Shown here: piece after piece, positions 25,974 through 38,200 of the stretch
Layout of the letters: each line of letters begins with the position of its first letter
Numbering within the stretch: the stretch's first letter is position 1
Source of the DNA: Camelus dromedarius
Lineage: Eukaryota
NCBI RefSeq assembly: GCF_036321535.1
Contig: NC_087437.1
Location: forward strand, 113,152,001 to 113,216,000
Length of the DNA: 64,000 nucleotides
Reading direction: 5' to 3'
The notes under the pieces: generated by a model
Seen by the model: only the letters and a program-made list of their open reading frames with translations
Told to the model about the DNA's origin: nothing
Database searches by the model: none
Position numbers and translations under genes: made by a program

Positions 25974-26038
25974 CATAGTTTGTGTGCTGGCCGGGAGCAG
26001 GATCCTCCATGGCCTGGAGCTGTAAGTGGGTGGCATTC
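25974..26038 (+). repeat. Dispersed 65-bp copy of 24091-24155 (SMIM11 exon-1/intron-1 junction)
   Basis: Gapless alignment, 55/65 identical; all 10 differences are transitions. Confidence 0.92.
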
Positions 26039-27802
26039 TTTTTAGTTTATTTCTTCCTATAAGCTTTTTGGACCTGTTTGTGGTCCTTGACCTTGGGAAT
26101 TAATATCTTACCTACTTTAATTCACTTGTTATATAATTTGGTTTTAGAAAACGTGTGGGGAACAGCCAAACTTGTCTGCTTATATTTGTCTACAACTCAA
26201 CAACAGCAGGAGTTGTAAAAATAAAATTTACACAAACTTAAACATTTTAATTTACAGCGTGGCTAATTCCTGCAATTAGTAGAGATCACTGAAAGTGAAA
26301 ATTCCAGCAATAACCTGTTAGGAATGTATTTCTCCAGTGCAGGTCAGAATCTGCAGCTCTTAAAGACAAATAGTCCATTTATACATGAAGGTCACGGTCA
26401 TCACATTTAAACACATTTATGGTGTAAATTCCTGTCGTTAGCTTATCTGACTTTGAAAAAGTCACGGGGAGAACTTGGCTGTCTTGTGCCAGCTGTCAGC
26501 TTGTTTTCAAGACACATTGACCTTGAATAGATAAGGCCTGAACTTTTTATATTTAGATGCTTTTGTAAGTGAAAGTTTAAAAAAAAAAGTCCCTAAAGTT
26601 TATCTCATTATCCCCATTCTAAAGGCCTGTGAAATTTTGTGCTGCTTTTCTTAATTCTAATTGTAAGTACATTTAAAGAAGAGCATCCCTGTGATTTGGG
26701 GGTGCAAAGCTGTCTGCCTGCCTTAGAAGACTCTGGAGCCAGAGACTGGATGGGTTCAAATCCCAGTCTGTGCCCCCCTCCCCACCACCCCTTCACCCGT
26801 GTGACTCTGGACATGTCACTTGTTTCCTTGTGTCTGAAATGCAGACAGTGAACTACACCTCGTGGGGCTGGTGTGAAGACTAGCTGAGCTAATGCATGCA
26901 GTGCACTTTAGCACAGCCGGGCACGATAAAGTGAAGCTGTGATCATGATGCTGTAAGTTGCCAAACTGCAGAAAAAGTCGGGCCCGCCTAGTTGACACCC
27001 CCTTTCTTCATTTGCAGATGGGACCGAGGCCCCAAGAGGGAAGTCACTTACCAGAGTGTGTAGGTTCCTCATCCAGAGCTCAAGTCTTCTGACTCTTGGG
27101 GTATGTGTCATATCTAAAAATAGTGACATGTGAGGCCTCAGAGCACATCCTGAGCTCCGCCCTGCCTTGTCACTTTCTGCCTCCCCTTCCCCTAGGTCTC
27201 CCTCACGTTTTAGAGGGAATTCTAGATATGAAAGGCTTTCTGAGGACAATTTCCCCCCCCTATCATTTATTTCTTTCCCTCCAGACATTTTTTCAAAACT
27301 AAGCTTAGCTTAACTCATACTTGGAGGGCCTGAGAAATAGAATGACACTCACCCACAAACCAGCTCTTGTTCAGGACAGGAGGAACAGACTTTGGACCCG
27401 GGTTCCTGTGTCCACAGACGAATGGAACAGGAGCACGTGTTGCCTTGTGAGCTGCACTGTCACCTCTGCTTGGGGCTGTGCTCCCTTCCCCGGTGCAGAG
27501 TGGCCCAGGAGCTCTTTGTTAAACAAGAGCCAAGGCTTCTCAGCCCTCACCCAGGCCTTGTGCTTTCCGCCCGGCCCTGGGTCACCTTGTGGGGACTCTT
27601 AACCCTCCTTTCTACAGTCTTGCACGCGTCCTCTCTCTCCATCAAAGAGAAGCTTTCCTAAGGTGGTCTGCTCTAGAAAACCCACATCAACCGGTTTCTT
27701 CTCCCCACCAGGGCGGTGAGACCTGACTCTCCAGCTCTCTCTCCTCCTATGATTGTCTGAGTGGCCTGTGCTGATCAGGAGTGAATTCCCCGTTGGTCCA
27801 AC

Positions 27803-27814
27803 ATGAACTGGAAG
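27803..27814 (+). CDS. SMIM11: SMIM11 first coding exon (MNWK); exon spans 27712-27814
   Basis: Acceptor TTTCTTCTCCCCACCAG| ending 27711; ATG AAC TGG AAG then GTGAGG donor, phase 0. MNWK is the recalled SMIM11 N-terminus. Confidence 0.92.
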
Positions 27815-30800
27815 GTGAGGATAACTTTAAAGATTTATGTCTTGAATTTTTTCTTTCTCCTGATTATAAAACTTCAGAATACCAGTTCTGTAGAGATGGG
27901 TTGATTAAAAAGAAAAAAGGAGAAAGTAAAGTGGGAATCATAATAATATTTAATATTTTATTTTAAGTCAAATATATAAGGGTACATTTATTGACCAGAT
28001 TTTTGGAGGAAGGCTAGACCTTATCTCTGAGAGGACGTACACTGACTTCAGATCCGCCTCGTTTTTCTTGCAAAAACGATGCCTTTAAAGTTTCACCTGC
28101 AGTTTCACACTTCGGTTTCCTTAAAGTGGATGAAGATCTTATGAAGCAGTTTACATACAAAATCTTTCCAGATTTTTATGCTCTTCTTCCCTAATCTTTT
28201 ACATTTGTGTTACCAATAGTATTTTTTTTTCCAGTTCAAATTGAGTCCTTCAAAGCGTTCAACTTAGTTTTCATGGAAACAGCTTTTCCTTTACATAGTC
28301 ACATTTCATTAATGTTGTGTTTAAATAAATTATCTGTTATCTATTCTACTATCACATACTACTTAAATAAACTGGCTGCGGCGTGAACAACAATTGACCC
28401 CTGTGAAACACAGATGCAGTTGGTGGGAGCGGAGTTCAGGGGCAACCAGAGAGTTTCCTGTTAGCCGCGAGCACCCAGAGGGCTGCGGGCAACAGCAGCT
28501 CTTCCTGGGGGAAGGGGGGTGTCACATTACCTCCCCAAAGTGGGTGGAGTGGGGTGGGGTGGAAGTTAGCTAAGAGAGCAATCAGATGCTTTGAAAAGTG
28601 TAAAATCAAATCCAAATCATGTATCATCTCACTATCCAGAGATGGCTACTACTAACAATTTGGTATATTTTCTTCTAGTATTTTTTCCATATATATATGA
28701 GTGTAATGTGCGTGCTTTCAAACTTAGGATCTCATTGTATGTATTTCTTCAGTTATTCTAAGCATTTCCTTGTTCAGAACAGCCCCTGGCTTTCCATTGC
28801 AAGGAGAACTGGAAAGGTCTGGAATCAGGAACTGGGAGCCGGGAGAGAACAGACCCCCTCCAGCTCCAGCTCTGTGGGGCCCGGGGGCCCTGCAAGAGGG
28901 CTCTGGGGACTGTTGTCCAGGAAGAGCCTGGCTGAGGTCCAGGAGGAAGAGTGAGGATTCTGTGAAGGGGTGGCGATGTGGGAGGGTCTGTTATGCATGT
29001 ACTTGGGCTCCAGAGCTGCCCGTAGAAAGGTTGGGAGGGAAAGATGAGGCTGTGAGAGGATGTAAGTGAGGTGGGGGGAGCAGAGAGCAGTGTAGGGGCA
29101 GATTTAGGGGAGGATTTTTAGCCTCTGCAGAGCTTGAAGTCAGTAGGGATGACAGGCGGTACCTGGTTCTGGAGGCCTCAGCAACAGAGATCAGAGTGTG
29201 GCACTTGGGGCTCCGAGGCTGGCGTTCTCTCACTGCAGGGTGCATCAAAGCCCCCTTGAGGACCAGGTAAAATAAGGATTGCAGCCCCACCCCCAGAGTT
29301 TCTGATTGCAGAGGCCCGGGGTTAATGAGTTCCCAGGCGATGCTGGTGTATACCGGCAAGGCACTGCACAGAGCAAGGTTTCATTTTAATTACAGAGTGA
29401 TATCAACCCCCCTTGACCACCCGGGCCAACTCTGCTTGTCACAAAAGAGTCCTTTCCTGTGTCAGAAACAAAATCTGCCCGAACCGTTCCAACTTTGGGC
29501 AGACACAGCTTCAGGGCTACCAGGGAGCAACCTCGTGTTTAGGAAGGTGGGGGAAGGGTGGGGTCCTTCCATGTAGTATGAGAAAGGAATGGCCCCTCCC
29601 CACGCCCTGACTCGGTGAGTCCCAGGAGGAGGAAGGACTACGGAGCCCCCAGTGCATCCTGGGCTTGCCTTTCTGGCTCTGTTGGCTGGTGGCCATCAGC
29701 GACAGGCAACACTGCCTGTGCAGGAGCAAGACTATTTTAAAAGTCAGTCATTCTCATTACACAGGTATTGTATTTTTAATTGGTATAGATCTAGTCCACC
29801 CCGACATTATTTCATTCATTTACCTCCTTGAAGATTTGCATGTTTGGGGACTTAACATGAAGGGCTTGTTAGAAAGAAATCAAAGGAAGAAATTTAACAC
29901 AACTGAGGAATTAGCAAATCTGTCCAAGAGAGATGCAGGAACAGGGGCCCTGAAACCTTCGGCTTTAGCCCTTGTGGTGTCCTTGACCTCCACTGCCACT
30001 GCTCCACCCCTCTCCCAGTCCGGAAACTTCTGCGTCTTGCTGCCTCCTCTCTACTACCTTTAAAATGAAAGTAAATACCCAAACCTAAACTTACTTGGGT
30101 CCAATTGTTGATGGGTTTCGATTTCAGTGGGTTTTCTAACTTCTGGCTGCGAGGTACATTCCTGTACCTTCTACAGCTAAGTTTTGGGTTTTAGGTCATG
30201 GGAACTGTGGGCTGTGATGGGGCCCTGTTATGATAGGACTCCAGAGGCTCATCCATAGAGACTGAGATAATTGAAAGCTTAACCTCTGCCAGGGTAAGTC
30301 AGCGCTTCAGCCTGGGAAGTCCCAGTGAGCGTGAAAGGAAGTTTGTATCTCCAAACTGGTGATTTTTGCTTCCAAGGAGGTAAAATTTAACGTTCTTTCC
30401 TTTCTTATCTGGCTTATAAACATAGAGCCAAGCCTCATCTCTAAAATGTGAACTTCCAAGAAAGTAGATGAATTAGAGGATTATTTGGGGGAGGTTGGGG
30501 AGATTTGCTGTAGGTCTGAGGGAGGAACGACTTGGACACCAAATCAGTGTTCTAAGCTGCTTGTGCTCAACCACAAGGCCTCAGCCCCAGCTGCCTTGCA
30601 TCCTGGATGCACGGGAGCAAGCTGCACGCATCACTCTGTCTCTCGTCCCACGTGGAGGGGACCCCGCGTTTAGCATTTGCCTTTAGATTTGATTGTGACA
30701 TATAGGACTTCATAATAATGCCTGCTAGTGCAGAGAGTGAGTAATTCTAACCCCTGGTTATTCCCCAGACGTCATGTTAGCCAATGGGTTAAAACTTCCA

Positions 30801-31294
30801 ACAGGAAATTAACTATAGGACCAGTGAATGAGTAGCTAAGTTTAATGTTTTAACTTTTATTGTATTTTATTTTTGTATTTATTTTACCTTCAAATACCAG
30901 TGCTAATGAGTAGCTGGAACCAAGAGAAAAATCACAGCCACCGATCTAAGTGGAGAATTCAGAAGGAAGGTTTGGACCGGCCTCCCTTTGTGGATGAAGA
31001 GACAGAAGCTCAGGAAATCAGGGGACTGACCCAGGTCACATGGCCTGTCAGTGGCGGAGGGGGGGCTGTAACCAGGCCCCTGGCTCTGGCTCCTTGCTCT
31101 GGACCGTGTCATTGCCTCAGACGCAGAGGGCCTGGGTGATCGGCAAAGTGCCCGGTCAGGTTATGAGAGAGCAGAGTTATTCTGTCCGTCGTCCTCTGGT
31201 GGTCCTGTCTGTGAATGTTTGTCAAATGAAGGCACGTAGAAGAGCGTTCCTTACCAGTTCTGGAGCACTTAGAATGGTCTCCTTCTTCTTTCAG

Positions 31295-31459
31295 GTTCTT
31301 GAGCACATACCTGTGCTGCTGTATATCTTGGCAGCCAAAACATTAATTCTCTGCCTGGCATTTGCCGGAGTCAAAATATACCAAAGGAAGAGATTGGAAG
31401 CAAAGCAGCAAAAACTGGAGGCTGAAAAGAAGAAGCAGTCAGAGAAGAAAGATGACTAA
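31295..31459 (+). CDS. SMIM11: SMIM11 second coding exon; small integral membrane protein 11 (FAM165B), 58 aa in total
   Basis: Acceptor CCTTCTTCTTTCAG| ending 31294; encodes VLEHIPVLLYILAAKTLILCLAFAGVKIYQRKRLEAKQQKLEAEKKKQSEKKDD*, one TM helix plus a charged tail. Confidence 0.96.
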   Translation, partial: VLEHIPVLLYILAAKTLILCLAFAGVKIYQRKRLEAKQQKLEAEKKKQSEKKDD

Positions 31460-32360
31460 AGCTTCCGGAATCACAGGTATCGGGGCTTTACAAGCGCGCA
31501 CCCCGTGGTGGGTGAGGGCGGGCGCGCCAGCGGATGTGATGGTTCCGGGAATCCCGGCTCCCTCGGGTTTGAAGGCCGTGTGAGGGCGCGTGGCCCCACA
31601 GGTAGCGCAGCCACAGCAGCTGTGTGGGTGAGGTGTGCAGATCCTGGCCGCGCGCCCTGGCTGCCATGAGCCACAGAGTACGTGTCACTCGTCTCCGCCT
31701 CTACTCTCGGCCCGCGGTGGTTCCGTCTCGTCCCCGGCAGTGATGCTTAACAGGAGTTGGGTCACAGGACTCTTGAGAATTTTCTGGAAGTTGTAGACCT
31801 TTTACCCAAAGAAGCGCACATACTAGAAACACCTAAATTGTACATAAAATTGCAGACAGGGATGGGGAGGAAGTGGGGTCCAGGTCATTTAAGACCCCTG
31901 CCTGTGCCCAAGATTAAGAAACCCCGCTAACCGCAGGATAAAGTCCGACTCCTAGGGGCGGCGTGTAAATCCCTTCCCAATGTGCCCTTCACCCAGGTCA
32001 CGTCTGCCCCTCCCTCCGCTCCTGCGGGCCTTTCCGTGACCATGGTAGACTTTCATGCCCCTTGGCCTTTGCCAGTTAGTCCCCTGGCCTAGAGACCCGT
32101 CCCGATGATCACCTCGTCAGGCACAAAGTCTTCCTCGTTTTATCGGGTGCCTGTCACAGCACAGGGGGGGTGCCTGGAACGTGTCTGTTGAGTTAAGGCA
32201 CCAGGAAGTTATTAAACCCCCCACTTACAGATCGAACGTACAGCAGTTAGCAGTTTTCTTAATTCTGGTGTACTCATCCAGTTGCATCATTTAGCAGCAA
32301 AGTTCTACGCTTTTCTTTAAAAATTAAAGGGTTCAAATATGGTAGCAGAGAATTCTAGAT

Positions 32361-32544
32361 CAGTGGTTCCCAAATTTGGCTGATGGTCAGAATTTGCCTG
32401 GGGTGCCTATTAAAAATGCACATTCCCAGGCTCCAGAGAGCTTCCATCATGTCTGTGGTTGGGTCCGGGCATCTGTTCTTTTGAAGACCTTTTAGGTGAT
32501 TCTTCCATAGTCTTCTCAGCAACAGGCCACGGTAGGGACCACTG
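32361..32544. mobile_element. MER5A-like hAT-Charlie MITE
   Basis: Inverted termini CAGTGGTTCCC...GGGACCACTG, 184 bp, internal taaaaatgcacattcccaggc. Confidence 0.75.
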
Positions 32545-33572
32545 GATCGGTGACCCCCCCAAACCCCTCTCCTCCTGGAGGCAGGCTTCTGTAAAGGTGA
32601 CTCCCTTACAGCACCAGTAGACTTGTCGAGGCTAAAAAGCACACTTATTAGTAACAATTGCAATATGTATTGAGAGATTGTTCTGTGCCAGCATTTAGCT
32701 ACGCATTTCATATACAGCGCTGTTATTGACAACTCCTAACAGTTCTGTGTGGTCCATTCAGATTTAAAAAACGGCCCATACCGTATGTAGGGAAGAGCAG
32801 AACCAGAATTGAACCCAGGCTGAACATCCAGCCACGGGGCCGCAGCCACAAGGCCCCAGCCCTGGCTGCGCTGCGTCCTGAGTGCATGGGAGCGAGCTGC
32901 AGGCAGCGCTCCCTCCGCCTCTGTTCTCATCCCAGTGGAGGGGACCGTCCTCTCTCATTGCTCACTGCTCACGGGTCATCAGTGAGCTGTCTGCTTTGCC
33001 AGGCAAAATAAACTATTGTTAGGAAACCTTGCCTTTATAAATTGTTTTCCTAGAAAGATGTTTTACTGACTAAAACTCAGGAGTAGCACTATAGTGGGGC
33101 AAGAGGACGCACTTCGAAATCACAAAGGGCGAGGAAAGGCAGTTTCTATTGCAATGTTGGTTGGATTTCTTTTCCATACTGAGTCATCATTTTGTGGGTT
33201 AAACCACAAAGAGGAGGAAAAATTAGGTGTGAGGTCATAAACACTTCTCCCTCCCACAGACATCAGCACAGGCTGTCGGTGAGCAGGGATGGATGGCTTC
33301 CCCGGCTGAGCCCAGAACTGACGGGGGAGTCTGTCTCCCCTCCTTGCTGGCCGCTTTTTAAAGCTTGGCCTGGAGCCTTGTTTTAAACAAAAGGAATTTT
33401 TAGATGAAAGGAAATTGTGATGCTAAAAATACATTCATGAATAGATAATCTTCAGTGGTTTCTATTTGTTAAGTGTAAATGGCTGAGCAGAAAGGTTAGC
33501 GCTGAGCAAGTAAAACATTCACTGTTGTTCTCTCAGACATTTCATACTTACCCTTTTGGTTTTCCTTTCTAG

Positions 33573-33790
33573 GTTTTGTAATTTAAATGTCAACTTGAGT
33601 GGACTCCAGCTGAGAAGAAAGACTTAATTCTTGAATGACGTGTCAGAAGATAAATTCCCAAGCTATAGCCTAACTTAAAGTGATGTGAATTTTTATACGC
33701 TTTTAAAAGAACCAGTATTTTGTTTACTAAAAAAAACATACTTTGTTAAAAGGGTGTCTCTGGTGTTTGGAATAAGCCAAAGTGTGTGTG
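33573..33790 (+). other. SMIM11: SMIM11 3'UTR terminal exon (3' end uncertain)
   Basis: Donor CAG|GTATCG at 31476/31477 and strong acceptor TTTTCCTTTCTAG| ending 33572; the text resembles the recalled human SMIM11 3'UTR. Confidence 0.6.
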
Positions 33791-35281
33791 TGTTTCTCTC
33801 TTACACACACAAACCCCAGCATTTACGTTTCCAGCATTTCTGAGCTGTGGGTGCCAGATCATAGGTGCCCCTCCACAGAGGACTGGGCCGTAGCAGTGGC
33901 ATCGGCCAGCTCACGCTCACCCACCCCTCCATCCCTCTGATCTGCTGCCCTGGTGTGTACCCCGCCTTCCTCCTCTTTCCCTCTTCCAAGCCCTTCCTCA
34001 CGTGTTTTTACCATCGCAGCAGAGGGAGGTTGTTCACTCATCCAGGAGCATCGGGCCTCCGCAGACGTGTGGGGGTCCTTGCAGGGAGGAGTACTGGGGA
34101 GACCTGTCTGCCATGATGGGCACCAAGTCTAGGAGAAACTCACTCTGTTGAGTCTTGTTGTGAAGAAGGAAGAGCAGCCCGCTGTGCTTTGTTCTCTGCC
34201 CACCAGTTTGCTGCTAAGAGAGGAAGTATGGGACATGCCGAGACTTTCAGAGTTGGGAGAAGTGGGGTTGATAGGTATTTTGACTTGGCACATAACAGAT
34301 TGAGGTCTCTATTAAGAGGTTCATGTTTTTATACTTCTCTCAAGATACCAGAGAGGATGGGGAATAAGGAAGCAATAACCAAAGCCATAAACACGGTGGA
34401 ATGTTTGGTCTCATTGCCAGTGGCGGCCAGGTGGAAAATTTGCATATTAGTAAATGCCCCCCGCCCCCAATTGGTGGAACTTGGAATTTTAAACATGAGG
34501 AATAAAGGGAATTATATCCTTCTTCAGTTCTACTGTGATTGCTGGGTGTGCTTTATCACAAATTAGAAAACAGAAGTTATATAGGATCAGAGTTTTAAGA
34601 GACTCTCTGCCCTACAAGCTACAAATCCTGAAATAGTGAGAAGGGGCCCTTGCCTTCTGCTCACACCTCACCCTCCCTGCATGACGCTTCTCTGGCCTTT
34701 GCCGGGAGCCTCGCTGTGGCTGGGTCCCACACAGCATGAACAGATGACCCGAACAGAGGTGCAGTGCCCTGGGATTTCTGCAGCCTGGCCCCACGCTTCC
34801 CTGACCTGCTCAGGTAGGGCCCAGGACTGACCCTGGGCCATGGCCTACCCTCCTGCCTTTGTCAGGCACCCTCCGTAGCCTGGCGGGTGACCCACCCACC
34901 CTGCTCTAGGCTCCTGCTCTGGGGTCTCAGCTTCTGGTTCCTCACCTCTCTGCAGGACCAGGGCATCACCAGCTCCCAGCACATCTGGCATTGCACACCC
35001 TACCTCTGGGTACACTGTCCTCCCACGTGTCCTTCCACCCATGAGCCTCATTAATCCAAAGGCAGGGAATTGGAGAGGTGTTCTTGGCTTTCCATGGAGA
35101 ATCTATGCCTACGTAGTAGATGTTCATGTTTATCTTAAACACAGATGTTTTTCTAGGCTTTGGGATCTTGGGAAATTTGGTAGAGGATGACCTAAGGATT
35201 GGACAAAACCGTTGATCACGCCCACGGGTTTTCTGTAAACTGTTTTGGGGTTTAAGTTAACCTTTCTGATACTCTCTTAGA

Positions 35282-35295
35282 CCACTAGGGGGAGA
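35282..35295 (+). promoter_or_regulatory. Candidate CTCF site
   Basis: CCACTAGGGGGAGA, close to the CTCF core. Confidence 0.4.
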
Positions 35296-38200
35296 TGGTC
35301 GCTCGTTGGAGTTACGGATACTATTCCAATCCATAAACATGAAGTCAGTAGATTTGTAGTTTGACTTCATTTATTTATTATTGATGTATATAGTCAGTTA
35401 CAATGTGTCCATTTCTGGTGTACAGCATAATGTGTAGCTTGACTTTAAATAATTGGTTGGTGCATGAATGTGTGGGTGGATGCTGGTGGGTAGAGTGACT
35501 GTTAAAGCCCACAGCCAGGGCCTCATCTGACTGCAGCCATCCAGCCCCACTCCACCGTAACTGAGAACGAATCTGTCCCTGGGTAGGGGAAAGATGTTTC
35601 AAAGAGCATAAACTGGAATTTACGTCCTCCGCCCACAGGAGAGCCCCAGACTCCCTGACACAGACCATATTTAATCTTACTAGATGTGTGCCTAACACGT
35701 TTTTGGTCTTTAAGCTTACAACACATTAGAAGCAGAAATGAAGAAAGGCTGTTGGCAGCAGAAATACCTCAGAGCAAGAGAGATGATCTCTAAGCAGGAG
35801 ACCAGGCCTAAGAACTGGTAGGTAGGATCGCCAAGCCAACGGTCAGACCGCCACCCATTGTGACCTGTTCATAATAATGATTCTAGTCATTAGGATAAGG
35901 TGAAACTGTCTTTATATACTTTGCTTAGGGAGGCATAGTCGTGCATAATATATTTCAGGAACTGAATATTTCAAACGAAAAATCTGAGGTGCTTGAAAAA
36001 AGGTCACCTTTCGCCATCCTGTCTCCAAATTCTCATCTCTAGGAAGCACAGTGGCCTGGATGACGCCTTCCTGAGGCGCATGCGCAGAGCTGCATCTCAC
36101 CCGAAGTGGACTTGATACCGGCACCCGCTGGGATCAATTCTTTAGTGCAGGTCTCGTCTGTGTCAGAGGGAGACAAGGCGTGATGGACAGCCTGGGGAGA
36201 AAAGTGGATTGAGGCCAGGTTCTCAAATGGGAGCATGTGCGAGAGGTTGTTTAAAATGCAGATTCTTGGGCTGGACTCCAGCCGCACCGCATCAGAACCC
36301 ATTCGGGAGTGACCAGGAGTTTGTGTTCCAGTTTGAACCCCCCAGGGGATTGTGATGGGGTGGGTCTTGAGTCTCCTTTTGAGCTTTAAGTGCTGGGCAG
36401 AGGGAGATGAGCCGGGAGCCAGGCTGGGAAGAGCGTCTGAGCGGTAGAATGCCGAGCAGGAGCCAGAAGGCAGCCGCCGGTCCTCGTTCAGCACTTGTTC
36501 TTCCACCTGTTACCCCCAGCAGCTGTCATCATACCCTTCTCACAGATGAGGGGGCCGAGGCACAGAGAGGTTGGTCTCTCTATCTAACGCCCCACAGCTG
36601 GCCAGAGGCGGAGACAGGATGTGGACCTCAGCTCTGGGTTGGTGCTTTTCACTCCTGTGCAAGGACAGGCAGGGCGGGCAGGAGCTCTCGTTCTTCAGAG
36701 TCATGGGTTGCCCCTTCCTCAAGACGACGCAATGAGGACAGAGGCCAGGCTGTGGGGAGCCAGGAGGACGTGAGGAAGTAGAAACAGTGCCCTTTGCATT
36801 CTTACTTCGTGTGTGTGGTCTGCAAATTCAGGAGACAAACTTATGGCTAAGCAATATGTTGGTTATAAATAACTGGTTAGTTTTTCAAATAATTGGCTCA
36901 GTTTTCTCATGCTTCCAGATGTTTTGGACTCTAATGTGTTGATCATACTATTTGAAGAGACACCATTAGCCCCAATGAATTAAATTTGGAGGGACTTCAC
37001 CTGAAAACATGATGAACTGATTATTTGAAAATTGTAAAAGAACTTGTGTTTCCCAATGCTGCAGCGCGCTGCGTACCTCAAAGGAAGAGACAGAGACATT
37101 GGCAGCCTTGGAGGAAGGTGAGATTGATAGGTTTTTCCGGATGGAGTGAGCTTGATCCTGATCACAGGCTGAAGGAAATGGGAGAGGAAGGGAGGACTGA
37201 ACCTGCAGGGCTGCGGGTGGGTGGCATCTGGGGGCCAGGCACTGGAGGCCCCGGTCAGTGCAGGGCGAGGGGATATTGAGGGGAGCTGGGCAGTGGCCTC
37301 CGTTTCCCCTGTGGCTTGAGGTAGAGGAGGGGTGCTGGGTGTGGTGGGTGGGGCTCGAGGGGCTGGATTCTGCTGTCCCCTCTCCTTCCCGGCCCTTTAG
37401 GGCAGAAAGCAGGGCCCTGGCTGTCACCAAGTCTTGTTGGGGAGGACAGCTTTGCCTCCTTGAGCCCTGTGGGGTGAGGCCTTTGTAACTGCCTGCCGTT
37501 GGGCCTGGAAATCACACTCAGGTTTTTAACCAGTGGGAACTGAGTGGACGGCTCAGCAGGAAACGTGTTTCCCCACCTTAACCTGAGAAGGCATCACCCT
37601 GCCCGGCACCCCTCAGGGTCTTTTCTTCTAGAAGAGCCCAAACTCCTTCTCATACAACAATTTTTCTTTTTCCATCCTGTCCCTTCCACACCTTCCTTTC
37701 ATTCTGCTCACACTGCTCCCCACACTATACACACACGCTCGCACACTCCACGCCCGGGGATGCGGGTAGACTCCATACTACCTCAGGCTTCTGCCTGGCT
37801 GGCCATCCCCTCCCTGCTTCTCCCGGTGATGGATTCCCCCTTCCTCTGGCCTCTGTTCCCGTTTCCCCTCTTCCTGCTGCTCTGCCCACGACTCCCCAGC
37901 ACCAGGCCTTGGACTCTGAGCCCTCAGTCCCCACACCTCCAGCATCTCACGGACCACTGACAGGTGCTCACCACCCGCTTGACTGCCTCGAGGACCTGAG
38001 CTTGCTTTCTTTGGGCCCCTGTCCTGAGTGCACATTACAGGCACATAGAAGGTGCTCGAATGCTTGGTGAGTGGATGAGTAACACCAAAGGGAAGGGAGC
38101 AGGGACTTTCAGCTGGCCACATTGCCATCCAAAATAAAAGACTACATTTCCCAGCTTCCCTTGTGACTAAGTCTGACCGGTGAGATTTAAGTGGAAGTGT

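Noticed and set aside
31040..31294. N-terminal part of the 139-aa ORF containing SMIM11
   Set aside because: Intronic; the reading frame is entered through the acceptor at 31294 from the MNWK exon.
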